DNA of 64,000 nt from Amphiscolops sp. MND2022 (Eukaryota). Of the stretch, positions 21,087-35,285 are shown piece by piece; within the stretch, counting starts at the first letter, position 1; the number at the start of each line of letters is the position of its first letter. A program made the position numbers and the translations under genes. The stretch covers positions 78,988,001-79,052,000 of the forward strand of contig OZ076410.1 of the NCBI GenBank assembly GCA_964187785.1, given 5' to 3'. The notes beneath the pieces were generated by a model. The model worked only from the letters and a program-made list of their open reading frames with translations, was not told the DNA's origin and searched no databases.

Positions 21087-24000
21087 TATCTGGGGTGTGC
21101 ACTGATTTTTGGATTTTTGGTGAGTGAGCGGCGAGGAGGAGGGGCTTCTTCGGGCACCGGTTCATGATCTGAAAAGATTTTGTCTGGTAGTGAAGGGGAA
21201 ATTTTAATTTTTTCCAACAGGATAGTGCTTATGGGAAGTTCGATGAACACTTCAGGTACTGTAGGTTCATCTGGCTCACCTTCCGGAAGGGCGCTAAACA
21301 ATACAGGTCTGGGGACTCTTCTTCGTTGTCGGTTGAAGATGCAAATTGTTGATAGTATGGACAAACTCCACCTTCGCGTATTATCGTTGGCATCCTGGTG
21401 TCCATCCAATGATGACGCCCGAAAGGTAGTGAAGAGTCGGTCGCGTCAGACATTAATTCTTCTTCTAGGTACGATGGTTGTGAGTGGTCATCGGGTATAT
21501 CCTCAATTGAACGTTCAGGTTCAGGATCCATTATTACAGCTATGTCATCACTATCCCTTGGCGCTGCGACTAGTTCCGTGGGTTTCAGGCGTTCAAAGTG
21601 AACCTTTTGTCCTGCATCTAAGACATAAACTCGGCCTTCTTTTAGCACGTGTGCTGCTTTGTGCGGACCTTCCATGCCTTCATCAGCTTAGGTGAAACTT
21701 TCTGTGGGACATATCTACAGAAAACCCATACTGACTCACCAACCTTGTAGGCATTGGGACGTATTGCACTATCATATTTGAGTTTTTGACGTTGTTGAGC
21801 TTGATGTGTGTTTCTCCACACCAGATCATGGATTTCTTGTTGTCTAGCATGATAATGTTCCTCGTAGGCTTCATGGGATGCAAACGATCGAGTGGCAAAT
21901 TCTGGGTAGAGGTATGTGAGTGGAATGGCCTCCTCGGTTCCTCTGGGTAGCATGTAGTGTGGAACGCCGGTAGTCGCATGACGTGTTGTGTTGTTAGCAC
22001 CCATGACTTCAACTAGATGTTGGTCCCAGTCACGCATTCGCCTGGAACAGAAGACTCGTAATAGGGTTAACAGGGTTCTGTTTTGCCTTTCCACTAGGCC
22101 TTGAGTTCTATGATAGCCTGCCGTGGATGTGACTTTGGTGACCTGTGAGACTTTCATAAATTCGTTGGCAACAACCGCAGTTAGACTCGGGGCATTGTCC
22201 AGTTGCCTGCGAGTTGGAGTTCCATGCCTTGCAAACCATTTTTGTAAGAATAATCTGGACGTGGATGTCGCGTCAAATTCGTCGTGATGGCACGGTACAG
22301 CTTCGGCAAGTTTGGAAACGTGATCTATTATCACTAAAATCATGGTATTTTTGTTATCTGAGGGGCAAATCTTCATGTGGTCATATTATACTAGTTCGTT
22401 GAAGTAGCCAAATTGGATGTTCTTCAATGGAAGCGCACGTCTCCAGGTTTGTCGCGGACCAACCTGTTGACCTGTGGACCCGGATTTGCCGACGCTCTTG
22501 CGAATGCCGGGCCAAGTGTGTGGTTCTTGTATTCTCGCTAGTACTTTGGTTGTTCCCTGATGGCCATCGCGTCATGTGCTTTAAAGAGTATCTCGTGTTG
22601 ATACAGCTGTGGAATCACTATCATGCACGGACGCTCATGTAGCTTCTGCTGGTTGGGTGGAAACTTTACACATAGCACCTCGTTGGTGTTCATGGGCAAC
22701 AGGTCTTTCTTTTGCTTGAAGTAGTTTTTGGCAAAAACGCGTACGTTCTCGGGAAAACGTTCATTGTCAATGGGTTCCTTGGGTACCAGTCTTTTATGCC
22801 ATGTACCGTGTTGACGTGCTCGTGGAGTTCAATTGCGATAGTGTTGATGGCGCACGAAACCTGCTGCACATTTGCTCGGTGGGAGGTTAGCAAGTAGTCG
22901 TTGTTACATTCCTCGGTGAGGTCGATCCAATCCTCAGGATAGTCAGGATAGTCATCGATGTTTTGTTCGGGAATTGTTTCAAAAGAGTGGTGGCAGAGGA
23001 GCCTGTAGAGCTCTTTCTCGTTTTTCTGCTTCCTGATTGCGTTTGATTCGTTTAGCTATTCGGAATGTGGTGTTGGCTGGCTGATCCGTCAGTTTGATCA
23101 AGTGTTGCGGCAGTTGGGGATGACTGGGATTTATCTTTCCAATGATGTCGAATCAAGGGGCCACTGGTATCTGATCGAACTCGTCTTGTGACTAGAAATA
23201 GCATTTGTCCACCACAGCAGGCTGCAAACCGAGTAATGCCTCTCGCTTTTTGTAGTTGTTTGGACGTTTGTTCAACCCATCAGCATTACGGTGTTGTGTA
23301 CGTGGGCGGTGTTCGATATTGAAGTGGTACTTTTCTAGAGCCATGATCCATTGCCCAATTATAGCTTGATCGGTCGAATATGTTTTGAAACATGATAATG
23401 CCTGTTTATCCACTACCAAAGGGAATTTTCTGTGACAGCGATAGCTGCGATACTTCAGAATGAAATGATACGCGGCATCCATTTCGAGTTTTGGAGCGCC
23501 GTACTTTGCCTGAGTAGTTGTTAGTTGTCTACTTCCAAATATGATAGGGCGCAACGTTCTCCTCTCATGGAGACCTTGCCATTGGTGGAGTAAGACTGAG
23601 ATCGCCACACCACCTGCATCTGTATCGAGTACGAATTCCCCTGAGTCTGGTTTTGCCAAGGCCGTAGCCTCTATCAGTGTAATTTTGATGTTGTTGAAGG
23701 CTTTTTCCTGCTCCAAACACCCCCCCCCCCAACAAGGTCTCTTTGACGCCAGTGATTGCATGAAAGGGGCTACTAGTTTTGCGTGCCAGGGGATGTAATC
23801 CCAGTAATAATTGGAAACCCCCAAAAAACTGGTTTTGCTGCGAGGAACATCACAGTCGCGCAGTTTGGCAACTTCTTTGGGGTCCGGTTTAATGCCTTCC
23901 GCTGATACAACTGCCAAGATGTTTGATCTCCGATTTTTTGATTTCGCATTTGGATACTCGCATTTTGAAGCCAGCTTCGCGGAGACATTCGAAAACCTCC

Positions 24001-27000
24001 TTGATTCAATCCATGTGATCTTCTATGGTTTCAGTTGCTATTACTATGTCCTCGATGTAAGCCATTACCATACTGCCTTTGCAGTTGACTAATTTTTGTA
24101 GCGCTTGCGCTATTGCTCGTTGAAACGTTGCAGATGCTTTGCACATCCCAAAGGGCATGCAACGCCATTCAAATAATCCCAATTCACAAGCAAATCAGTA
24201 TTGTGACGGTCACCTTTTCGGACTGGTTTTTGCCAAAAAGCCCAAGCCAAATCATTGCTGGTGTAGACCTTAGTCTTTCCCAGTCGTGAGAGACTCTCCT
24301 CAATTCTGGACAGTTGATAGGCGTTTTTGATAGTTACCTCGCTGAGTGGAAGAAAGTCGCAGCAGAAGCGTAGTTCGCCGTTCTTTTTCTTAACTATCAC
24401 GATTCCACTCGCCCTAAAAGATAATGAGGGTTGGATCATGCGAAGTGCCAGGAGATTGCGGACGTCTTGAGTACCTCGTTCAGTTTTTTCGGGGGACATT
24501 CGTCGTGCTCCTTCTCGGTGAGGGATTACGTCTGGTCCAACTTCTACAAGATTTTTATGAAGTTTACATTTACCTATGCCAGCTTTATGTTTTATAGAAA
24601 AACATCAAATTCCTGTGAAAGTTTGCCGAGGGTGGTGCGTGCTGTGGCACCCCAAAATTTTTGAACCTCATCTAACTGCGCTTCAGGCGCTGTAATCGGA
24701 GCTATTAAGTACGGATCGGTGCGTTTTTTTACTTCGCGTTCTGACAGACCGTCTACGGAAGGGTCAGTTGTAGACAAAAACTCAAACTCAGATGAAGAAG
24801 TGTATTTCGAACTCGTGTCAATATTCATTTCATCGTACATTTCACAAATAAAAGTAATATGTTTAGCACGATCAGTCTTGTGCTTACAAAAAGAGGGAGG
24901 CGATGAAAGCTCATGCTCATAAGCAGCTTGAGGCATCGCCTCGCGAAATCAAATGACAGGTACAGCAGTGCCGAGTAGCGTACCACTTTTCACTCGTTGC
25001 CAATTACTGGTTAGATTGCCTATACTGACGAATAGGCAGCCCGTTTTTCCGACGTTGGCCACGTTGTCTTCTAAAAATAAAGAATTTTTTGAGATTCTAT
25101 TAGAAGTGGCAAATTTGATTAAGACCTTCCGGAATGGAAATAGTTCCAAGTCGTTGCTGGCTAATTTAGCTTTCAAAATTGTGCTTTCGAACGGTTGCAG
25201 GACAACGTCCTGGGCTAGCTCAGTGTTTCATTACTCACCTGGGTGCGTGCATGATCCATACCGGTCTGGTGGGAAAACGTGCAATCACTTTCATGGCGTG
25301 AGATCAACCAAAACCTGGTATGTGCGCAGAAAGTTTCATCCCACGGGGATGTCCTCTACTCCCATGGCGTCGTCAACAACAACAAACTTGGTCTCCAGTT
25401 CGTAGCCAACGAGTTAGAACTTAATGTTCTCCGCAAGCCCGAAGGTTTTGATCGTTTTTCCGTTCGCAGCAAACAAGTCGAGTCCATAGGGCTTAAGCAC
25501 TGCACCAGTTTGTGCTGCCATTTTGTTGTGGGCTAAAAAACGTTAGGATAGAAACACCGATGCCAGTGTCAATCAATCCTTTCAACGGCATGGGTGCGGA
25601 TCGGGAATGGTGAAGGATACCACTAGTGATGCACGTTCATCGATGCGGGCCTCACCCGAGTAATGTTGCTCCTGGGTGCCGAGGCAGATGCCTGGGGGAA
25701 ATGCATCAGTGATTACGGTGGCGTCAAATCGCATGCCCACCCATCAATGTTTGCTTGAATTGGCACCGGCGTAAGCGCATTGAGGGTGGTTGGCAGTTCC
25801 TCCATCTGCCACTCTGTAGGTCCTGTTAAGGTTGTTTGCTGGATTTTCATGTTCTTGAGTAATTGTCTCATGAATGATTCCAGAGTGAGTTCAGGGCAAT
25901 TGGTTCTCGCAGCGGCTAGGGCGAGTTTGAAAGACACTATGGTCTTTCCCGTTGGGTCAAAAGTGGTTGGTTCATGCCTCGTTTGGATTTGTATCTTGGC
26001 GCAAGTGACCACAAGGGGAGTCACAATGTTTTCCAGTTCCGCTGGGCGCAGGGTTAGAACCATCTCATCGTCAGTAGTCGTTTGTGGCGATGGGGGTGGT
26101 TTAGCCCATAGGCTGTAGGCAATGTCGTCTTGTTTTGACACGTTTTCGCATTGAGAGGCGGCATGTTCGATCATACCACAACTTACACAGAATAGTGGGC
26201 CAGTACAGTCTGCTGCTATGATGTCCAATGCTTCGCACATATTTCCTTGTTCATCTGGTGCAGCAGCTTTTCGAGCTTGGTCCCGCGCTTGGTCCCGCGT
26301 TGGCCATTCTCGCGCGAAGTATCGGCTTGTCCACAATTGAAACAGGCACCGGGTGCTCTCCTCGGACGTGACATTGGTTGAGAAGCTTGTTTCACTGACG
26401 GAGGGCCGTTTTGTGAGCCTGTTGGTTTATTGCTTTGGGCAGCTTGTGGTGGGGGCAGTACACCATGAGGCTGTCCTGGTGTTGGATGTACTATTTTACC
26501 CGTAATAAATGGATGAGGTCGTGATCGCATTGCATATCGCGGATCATAGGGTTGTTTGGGGACCGTAGGTCGGTGATGCTGCAATTGACGCGTTGTGAAT
26601 CTGAGAGATAAATAAGTCTCGGCTGCGTACACTACAGCTAACTGTTGTTTCGGTTTAATTTCTCTGACACCATCGATGAAACGCCGGGTGGTGATGGGTT
26701 CATGGGGAAATCCTTGAGTCCTCAGTCTTTCTAAGGCATCCAGGTATAGCATCCAATCTTCCTTCTCTTGTTGGGTGCGGGACATGGATGTTTGCCGTAA
26801 TTGCATACGTTTGCCATCAATTCCGAATCGGCTGGAAAGCAAGTAAAATACCTTTTCGGGTTCGTCGCGTTCAGGTTCTGGTTTGTTGATAATATAGTTT
26901 CCGGCTTCGTTCTCCAGGTGATCAAAAATCGCCCATGCTTTGTCGATTTTGGTTGACTTCGCATGCACCCGCTCCAGAAAGCGTCGTATTAGGGGTAGCC

Positions 27001-30000
27001 AACCATCAATGGAACCGTCTTTGGTTCCCGTGTAAATTGTGGGTCGGGTACGAGTTTGGTCCCGGTTCGCAATTATTGGTGCCAATTCTTTAATTCTTTG
27101 GACATGGCCTTTGATATGGCCTCAGTGAACCTGACTTGTTCAGGTGATTTGTATTCATCGTCCTGCATGGCAGAGGGTTGTTCCAGGCCGCTTCCTCTTG
27201 TTGATTTTATCGAATCTTTGGTGGAGTTGGTCGAGTCCATTGTGATTATTTCTTGTTTTCGTGTACTACTGGCATAGGGTTCTCCCGTGGGCAAAACACC
27301 GTCTGCAGTTTGGAACGCCGATGGAGTTTTGTCAGGATGCGTTCTGGCTGAAAAGTAGTTGGTTTTTCCTTCGTTGGTGGTATTCCAGGAACTGAGCGGT
27401 TCGAGAGATGTGTAATTTCAGTCATTGATGTGTCCATAGACATTGGGTCAATTCCGATGTCTCTTGTGTTGGACGTCGAGGGCATGTTTGATTTGATTAT
27501 TGGCGATATGTGCATGCCCGCGGCAGATGTCGATGCCTGCGTTGGCAATCGAGTGGAGCTGATTTGAACCGTGGGTTTGGGTATACATTCCTTGGGTTTT
27601 GGTGTATTGTCGCGTGCGCGATTGAGCGCGGCTTCGGTGTCTCGAAACATTTTGTCAAAGGTACTCCCAGAGCGTTCGGCAGTAGGTTTCGTTTTCTGCA
27701 AGGTGGCGTTCATTGTTTGGATTTGCGCGGACATGTCACACATTTGAGTCTCCAAGCGTAATTCCCGTTGGGCTAGAAGGTCCGTGATTTCTGCCATTCT
27801 GCAACCCATTGCGTCCATCTTGGCCACTTGCACTTCTTGGTTTTGTAAGTTTCTCTCCTGTCTTGCGCAGTTCTTCTTGTACCGCCTCTATCTCGGTCGT
27901 GATAGTATGGTGTTCACGGCTGCATTCCGCCTTGCTTTCTGCTAGCTTTGCCATGGCTTGCCTTGCGTAAGTTTGTGCTTCTAGGAGTGTCTTGCGAGCC
28001 AATACGGCCTCATTTACCATTCGGTATGCCGAAGATCTGCTGGATGTTGCTCTGGATGCCTTTGATTCAGGTGAGGTAGATCTGGATTCTCCATGCGGGC
28101 CTGTAGTTGCGTTTTGTGTTAGTGCTGCAGACACTATTGGAGATCTGACCTTGCGGCCCTTGCCTGATGGTCTGGAAGCCGTGGCTTCTTGCAGTCGATG
28201 ACTGGCACACTCCGTCCCACCCACAAAGGACATTGGTCTCATCACCTCTGCAGTGTCGACGCTTAACATACTGGCTGCATCCTTCATTCGTTTGGCATCC
28301 TGTGCTTTGGAGCACCCCGTTCCTCTCTCACTTTGTGTTTTGTTGGACTTTGGCCATTTATTCATTACTTCGCTCTTGATGTCTGTTGCAGGTGTGAAAC
28401 TTCTGTACAAGTTTTTCAACCATTGAGTCGTATGGGTCTGACGGTCGGAATCATCCGTAAGGTCTCCTGTTGCCTCTCTAAAATCTTTAGACTATCGTGT
28501 TTCAGACACGTGACCGGACACTGAGTCTGAAAAATCGGAAGCAAGTTTGAAATTGTCTTCGGTGGGCCAATATTCCTCACTTGGGTTGGGTGGGAGATGG
28601 CATTGGAAATTATTCTGAGATTGATCTCGCTTTGCTCCTGTTTTTTCCACGGCCACAGTGATTTCCGTGGTGCTTTCCCTTCCCACTTGGGATGATGCGA
28701 AAGGCTCCCATGCGTCCCAATGACTCAGTGTGTTGATGATTGCGTGCCATATTTTTGGGCTTTTTCGACAAAATTGACTGATATGCACGTTTTGAAAAAA
28801 TCGAAAGCTCACGGAGTGGTTGCAGCACCACCAAAGACACACACGACGTTTTTACTGATACGTAGGGCTATGAAAGAGTCACTAATGGCGTTTACAAGAG
28901 ATAGTTAGACCGTACGAGCGACGTTTAGACGTTTTGTCAAATTTTCGAAACTTTCCTCAAAATGCCTAAGTGGCTTGTGGGTCGCACTGAAACGCCGGAA
29001 TCGGCTGAAGTTTGGCCCAAGGAACTGTCAGTAAAGGGATTTGAAGAGAAGAAGCACACATTTGAGTTAGGGCTGTTATACGGGTTTTCGGTTAAGATCG
29101 GACGTTATGTACCCTTGGGTACTCAGAGTAGTCAGATTTCATTTTTTTGTAAGTGTTCACAAAAGGGGGTTCTGGAAGCGTTCTCCAAGTTTTCGGGGCT
29201 CACGTTTATTTCGGTGGCGATCGTGAAATTGCAATCGCTTCGCGGATGGAGTTAAGGTTCACTCGACCCGGTCTCGCTTTTGAGACTGTCCGGTTCGGTT
29301 AACTCTTGGGGTCCAAATGGGCGTTTTTCCACTTTTCTCACGATTGAAAAGTCGTTTTTTGATGCGGTTTCCACCAATGAGTGCTAAATTTTTCGTATTT
29401 TGCGAAAATGCTAACCCCTGAGCTCATACCTTGCAAAATTCATTCACGCTCAAAGATTTCAAACAATGCACTATAAATGTCTGAATTGATGTCTAAATTG
29501 ACGTTTTTAGACTTTAAGGGTTGCTTCAAATGTCGTGAAAGCTGATTAAAATGGAACTTAGGTGCGTAGACCTTCACCTCTGCCTAATTGTCGTACAATG
29601 GGACTGTTCCAGGTTCACATTTAAAACCCCACGAGTTGTGCCTACTGAGTTTGAGTCAACTTTACCAAAAACACAGTGTTTTTTTCTGACAAAAGTGTTT
29701 GGCAAAGAGCTCAACTGGCAACTTTGGAAACCATAACGTTCGTTGTTGAACCCATAGGGGTTCTAAAATACTTTTTGTTCAAGCCAGGGTTTGTGGCTTA
29801 ACCCAAGAGCGCGTGCGTTGGTGTAGATGTTAGGCCCCAAACTACCGGAAAAAAAACAGTTTTTTGCCTGTTTTAAAACGAAAATTCAGGTGCAAAAGTA
29901 TACAAACACTTACTAAAGACTCGTGAAAACACGTGCAAACGATCGCACACAAAACTTTCAGAAACCTAAAAAAAAATTCAACCTAGCTCGGAATTTATAC

Positions 30001-30829
30001 ATAACCCAGTTTGACGAGTCGTGTTTTCTTTTCATTGTATCTTTCCGCCTAGGTTGAGAAGAAACAGACTGATGAATTCGTTAGAAACGTAGCACTTGTT
30101 CTACGATTCAACCAAATTTCATTGCTGTCGGACGGCTCCTTGAGAAATGAGAAGGGGGAGTCGGAGACACTCGTTTTTGCTCATTGTGTTTCTCATCCGA
30201 GTTAGGTTCGCACTGTCTCCAACACTCGCTCAGACGGCCAAAAAAAACTGAAAAGGCTGGAAGACACCTGTTAACACCTTTTACCGCCTCTTTTAGGTTC
30301 AGGGGGCCAAAAGTGAGTGTTGTATTAATGAGAACTTGACGATTTTCAAAAGTACCTGCAAGAAAAAAATAGAACAATCTAATTATACCAATATTTCTTG
30401 AAAAACACCGTTGGACACCAGGCTCAAAAGCCCTTAAGGACACACACACACTAAAAAAGAAAGAAAAACTGGTGTCAAAGATGAATTTTTTCATCAGATT
30501 ACAGGGGAATGCAAAATAGTTGCTCAAGAGCTATACATTACAACAATCGTTTTAACTACAGTATAAATTGACTAACTAACGAAATTTGGATGGGGGACGC
30601 AAGCACCGTATGCTTATTTAGGCACACAGACTCAATTTAGGCAATTACTACATTTTGCAATGATTTACTCACAGAAGCGTGAGAAAAATAGCAATTAGCA
30701 GTTCGAAAAGAGTCCTTTTTCTGTGAGTTGTACGTTGGCTTTCTTTCGTTCGTATTCTTTTCCGGGTCTCCCGGCTAGCACTTAAGGTTTCTGACTACTT
30801 CAATTCTTTGGGCAGATCTTTGAATAAAG

Positions 30830-31330
30830 ACACGGTCGAATTTTGCGTAAAGTTGCAGATTTCAGTATAGTCCCACTGTTGAACGAACTTCAAAGCAAAA
30901 TTTCTGGTTCGCAAGGGGTGATCGTTACATACTCCCCGGGTTTTTTACGCTTGACGTCCCTGTCAAGCGCAGGCCGTAGTGCTAAGCGTCATTCCTTGCA
31001 TGTCGTTCCCATCGAAGTCGTACATTTGCATTTTACTACAACCATTAGATCGGTTTTGTTTGCAATCAAAATTGTTTGCGAATTCCGTGTCCACAGCACA
31101 GTGAATGAAAAAATTAGATTTCGAATTCGACTTTTAGAACAAGGGGAAGGTGAATTTAAAGTTTCATATTTCATTATTCATAATTGTAATTTTAATGATG
31201 CTACATTCAATTTTTTCATCCCTGATTCTTGCCCTCTGGTAAATATATAATAATTGTCCTGGTTTCCAGCGATTGCAGGTATATTGCTCGCTTTCGTTTT
31301 AAACAATCGTATTGTGAATTTAGTGATAAT
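30830..31330 (-). pseudogene. MULE/Mutator-like transposase relic (C-terminal part)
   Basis: 31261-31310 is similar in DNA to 44286-44335 (TCNRWKPGQ vs TCNRWEPAQ); downstream MYDFDG..CNDHPLRTRN resembles the MULE RTNN region. Confidence 0.4.
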
Positions 31331-31929
31331 GCCCCCTTTGCTTAGCTGTAACGTCAAGCTAGCAGCGACATCCTAGAACTGAGACAATGCCTAGATTGCT
31401 TGAACAGGAAACCAGAGTCTTACTACAATCTAGACATTAGCTTTTAGTCCCTAACGGTCTCCTTGGGGACTTTTCCGAACGTCTAAGGAGACTCCTTTGA
31501 TTAGAGCTTCGTGGCAACGTGCCGGCGCGCTCAAAGTCCGGACACGTCCCACAAGCCTGTAAAAACAATCCTAAGTGATCCTGCTATCTCCCACATGCTT
31601 CCGAGGTCAAAAGGGTGATATAGGCGAAATTCATTATTTCCATAGCACGTATGTTAAGTGCACAAATGTATGGATCTGGCAGATCCGGCACCATCACTAA
31701 TCTGCTAAATAACATTAATTACAACCAAATTACCTGTGCAGAGTTCGTCGGACGTCTTCATGATGATTTTGATGCTATGGCCGGGATCCATAAATATGTC
31801 TTCTACTGATTTCGGGGAGATCTTCTGGACTTTTTGGAGGAGATGGCACAACACTGTGACTGCATTGTCTTTGCTTCGGGGTTTCCTCTTTTGTCTGCAT
31901 TTACACGGGTTTTTCTGCGTCTTCTGGAA

Positions 31930-32340
31930 AAGTTGAATTTAGCGTCAGCTGCGAACAAAAATGAAAAAACTGACTTATATAAGTCAGGAAGGTCATTAAT
32001 ATAGATCATGAACAGCAAACTAGCCACTGCCACTATAGATCCTTGAGGAACAACGATGTCGACCGACGTTTCATCAGAAAAGCACCCTTGATTACGAATT
32101 CGATTGGAATCGACTAGGTGCTTGAATGTGTTTCCTGGTCAACACAGGAACAGCGTACAGAAGTCAGGGAGCACTAGAATTTTTTGAAGCTTTATGAGCA
32201 TTGCTTGCTTGAGACCCCAATCAGAGACGCGAAATGTTTTAAATATTTTCAGCTGCTCAGCAACTTTCCCTTCTACCCGCTGTAGATGTTCGTTAAAATT
32301 TAGTTTGTTGTCCGCAATCAACCCCAAGATTATGTTTTTC
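31930..32340 (-). mobile_element. LINE RT fragments
   Basis: VVPQGSIV..LLFMIYINDLP..FAADAK (RT core) and LIADNKLNFNEH..(post-RT region). Confidence 0.75.
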
Positions 32341-33081
32341 TGATGACCTTTCAGGCCTCTATGAAAACTTTTGGAGATTTCGTGTTCTCAGAGTTGAGGT
32401 AGATGATTGCCGTAACAGTGGGATTTTTGGGATCGAATTTTTGTGTGATCGAAAAGCGAGATCGAAAATGGATCGAAAGTTTTATTATCGAATTCTTCCT
32501 TTTTTGCTAGGTTTTTGCTCCTGCAATGCGTTTAAAAATGTTTAAAAGAAATTAGGTACTTTTCCCCACCTAATATGGGATCGTATGCGGTGTATGCACG
32601 CTCGTGTTCACTGCCGCGAAGACCATCTTCCACTACGATCGCTTCGTGATCTCCGTCCCACTAGGTCTTTGCTCCTGTTCGACCTCGCTTATTAAGGTGG
32701 GATCATAAGCGGTCCCAAGGGGCAACGGGACACTAGCGGAAATGGGGCATATCAGAGGGTCAAAAACATTGTTACCTGAAAACTGTAGGTATTTGAAAAC
32801 ATTGATTCGATCTTATTTTCTTCGATCATTTTGCTTCGATCTCAGTGACAGATTGCATCTTCGCGCAATCTGTTTCGATCCAAACATCCACCGCCTGACG
32901 TAACCATTGACTGCGATCATCCAAAAAATGCACTACCGTTCCAATTGTTGAGGATATTTTGACAGTTCAGATTGACATGATTTTCCGCTTGAGAAAATGG
33001 TTTTCTTGCTAGTTATCATATCTATGCCAATGACATATGGATTTTCTTGAAATTTGACCTGAGGACAACTATTGCCAGTTT

Positions 33082-33880
33082 TCCGAAACATAGAAAGATT
33101 ATTGCAAGCGTTTCTAAACTATTAGCGGCCTTGAACTTGAAAGTAAACAGTTCACAAACTTAATGTATGTTCGTTACGAATGAAAGAACTCCTCTTCCCG
33201 AGACAATCACTATCGATGGGATCAGAATTGAAATAAAGAATGGAGTTACTCTGGATAACAAGTTAAGTTTTCCTTATTTCATCAACATCACCTGTGCAAA
33301 GTCCTAATATCACCTCAGAAGGATAACGTTGATTCGAAAAATCCTGTCTTTCAATCTCACAAGGTAATTGATTCTCACTTTCGTTATCAGTAGACTCGAT
33401 TATTGTGACTCACTGTTATATGGTGTTTCGGACTACATGATCAGAACAAAGCAAAGAGTTCAGACTAGAGCAGCATGCCTCCTTCTTTATCAAGGAACTT
33501 GCAATGTTAACTTACTTACCAAAATGGACTTCATTGGCTTCCTGTTGAAAAAAGATGTAAGTACCAAATCTTATGCTTCGTATACCGTTTTCAAAATGAC
33601 TTGTCTTTGCCCTTTTACTTTTCGGTAACGTTTTTTAGGTATCAGCAACTTAATCAATACGACCTGAGAATGTCCAGAGAAGGAATATTGACTGTCAGAG
33701 TCACCAAAAAACGCTATGGAAAAGGATGCTTTTGGGTATCAGGCGCTGAACTATGGAAATCACCACCATATGACCCTATTTTGAGCGCTTCGTATGACAC
33801 TTTCCGAGCAGGATTAAAAAACATACCTTTTCTGAACGCTTTGGGTGTTAGAAAAAGGTCATTTAAAACTTCAAATTTCA
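33082..33880 (+). mobile_element. L2-type LINE 3' fragment
   Basis: FVISRLDYCDSLLYG..QRVQTRAA, typical of the L2 clade; inverted copy at 35282-36092. Confidence 0.8.
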
Positions 33881-34144
33881 TCTTCAAACTTCAGTGTCAC
33901 CTGTCACTAGGATTTTTCCATCGTCAGCGAAATTGATTTTCTTACGGTGTGAAACCAGTTGGTAGAAAACCAGCTTGTATAATCCACTTTGTAGAAAAGT
34001 GCGGTCCAGTTTGTCGAATTTTTTTTTCTACAAACTGGACCATGGTATTATAGTGAGTTGGGTCCAATTTGTAGAATACCAATTTGTTGAAATCATCGTT
34101 TCAAGAAAAAAATCAATAAGACCAATAACGTAGGAATGATGCAA

Positions 34145-35285
34145 AGTTTAAAACGTGCCTCGGATATGTCCCCATTTCGTCTAGTGCCCTGCGGCTCATT
34201 GGGGCCGCTCATGTTCCTATCTTGGTAAGCGAGTTCGAACAGGAGCAAAGACCTAGCGGGACGTAGATCGCGAAGCTATCGTAGTGTGAGCTGGTCTTTG
34301 CGACAGTGAGGGCGAGCGTGCTTACACCGGATATGCCCCACGTTTCAATTTTTAGATCTTATTCTTTTAGATCTTAGGAGGTGAATCTTAGGCGGTGGTG
34401 TTCTCAGGATCTTGTGTGGAGGATGTCCAGTTTGTAGAATTAAATGATCCAGTTTGTAGAAAAACATCTGAAACCTGGACAACCTAGAACCAGTTTGTAG
34501 GACTCTACAAACTGGTATTCTACAAACTGAACAAAATTCAGTCTTACAGTTAAGGTTGAGGATACCAAAATGACGTTGAATAAGGTAGATAGTATGTTTA
34601 TAGAAAACCAGTTTGTAGAAGTAAGTTTGTAGAAAAGTAATAGTAGGTTTGTCGAATTTTTTTTGACAAAACGGTCATCGATTTTTTTGACAAACGTGGA
34701 CTTTTGGGGCATGTTTGTAGAGTTTTTCTAATTTGTTTTGGTGGTTTCAAAATGACATAAATGACCTAAAAATCCTACGAACATATGATTACTTTTCAAC
34801 AAACTTCTACAAATTGGTATTCTACAAACTCACTATCTAGCTTGTTCAACGTTCAATACAAATACCTGCAGCCTATCTTCAGTCCCCCTCAGTTTGGTTT
34901 CCTCAACCTTAACTGTAAGAAAGAATTTGGTTCAGTTTGTAGAATACCAGTTTGTAGAATTCTACAAAGTGGTCCTTAGTGTTCCAGTTTGTAGAATTTT
35001 TTCTACAAACTGGATCAATAAATTCTGCAAACAGGACATCCTTCACAAGATCCCGAGAGCTCCACCGCCTAAGATCCATCTCCTAAGATCTAAAGGAAGA
35101 AGATCTAAAAACTGGAATGTGGAGCATATCGGTGTAAGCACGCTCGTCGTCACCGTCGCAAAGACCAGCTCCCACTACGATTGCTTCGCGATCTCCGTCC
35201 CACTAGGTCTTTGCTCCTGTTTGACCTCGCCTAGCAAGATGGGAACATAAGCAGCCCCAAGGGGTCGCGGGGCACTAGGGGAAGA
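34145..35285. mobile_element. Foldback-like MITE with long inverted arms (structured repeat A plus CTACAAACT-rich repeat B)
   Basis: A+B (34145-34640) mirrored by B'A' (34790-35285); many CCAGTTTGTAGAA/TTCTACAAACTGG units. Confidence 0.7.

Larger units (their letters stand above)
19322..28900 (-). mobile_element. Ty3/Gypsy element 2 (degenerate, LTRs not identified, 3' end truncated against the LINE)
   Basis: gag 28419-26216 with CFNCGQAD knuckle remnant; protease KGLIDTG ~25575; RT (LRFCCDF, AYQLSRIEESL, DLAWAFWQ); RNase H FVLDTDA; integrase core 22376-21642 with KAWKGPH GPY/F-type tail. Confidence 0.9.

Noticed and set aside
20017-28524. Many short ORFs from the track that overlap Gypsy 2 gag/pol on the opposite strand or in other frames
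   Set aside because: Shadow frames of retroelement coding sequence with no independent evidence
29300-30650. Possible 5' LTR/PBS of Gypsy 2 or piggyBac-like ends (TTAACCC)
   Set aside because: No second LTR copy, no convincing TGG-PBS and no matching opposite terminus
34160-34330. Hammerhead or other self-cleaving ribozyme in repeat A
   Set aside because: No CTGATGA/GAAA core or other recognisable ribozyme consensus was seen
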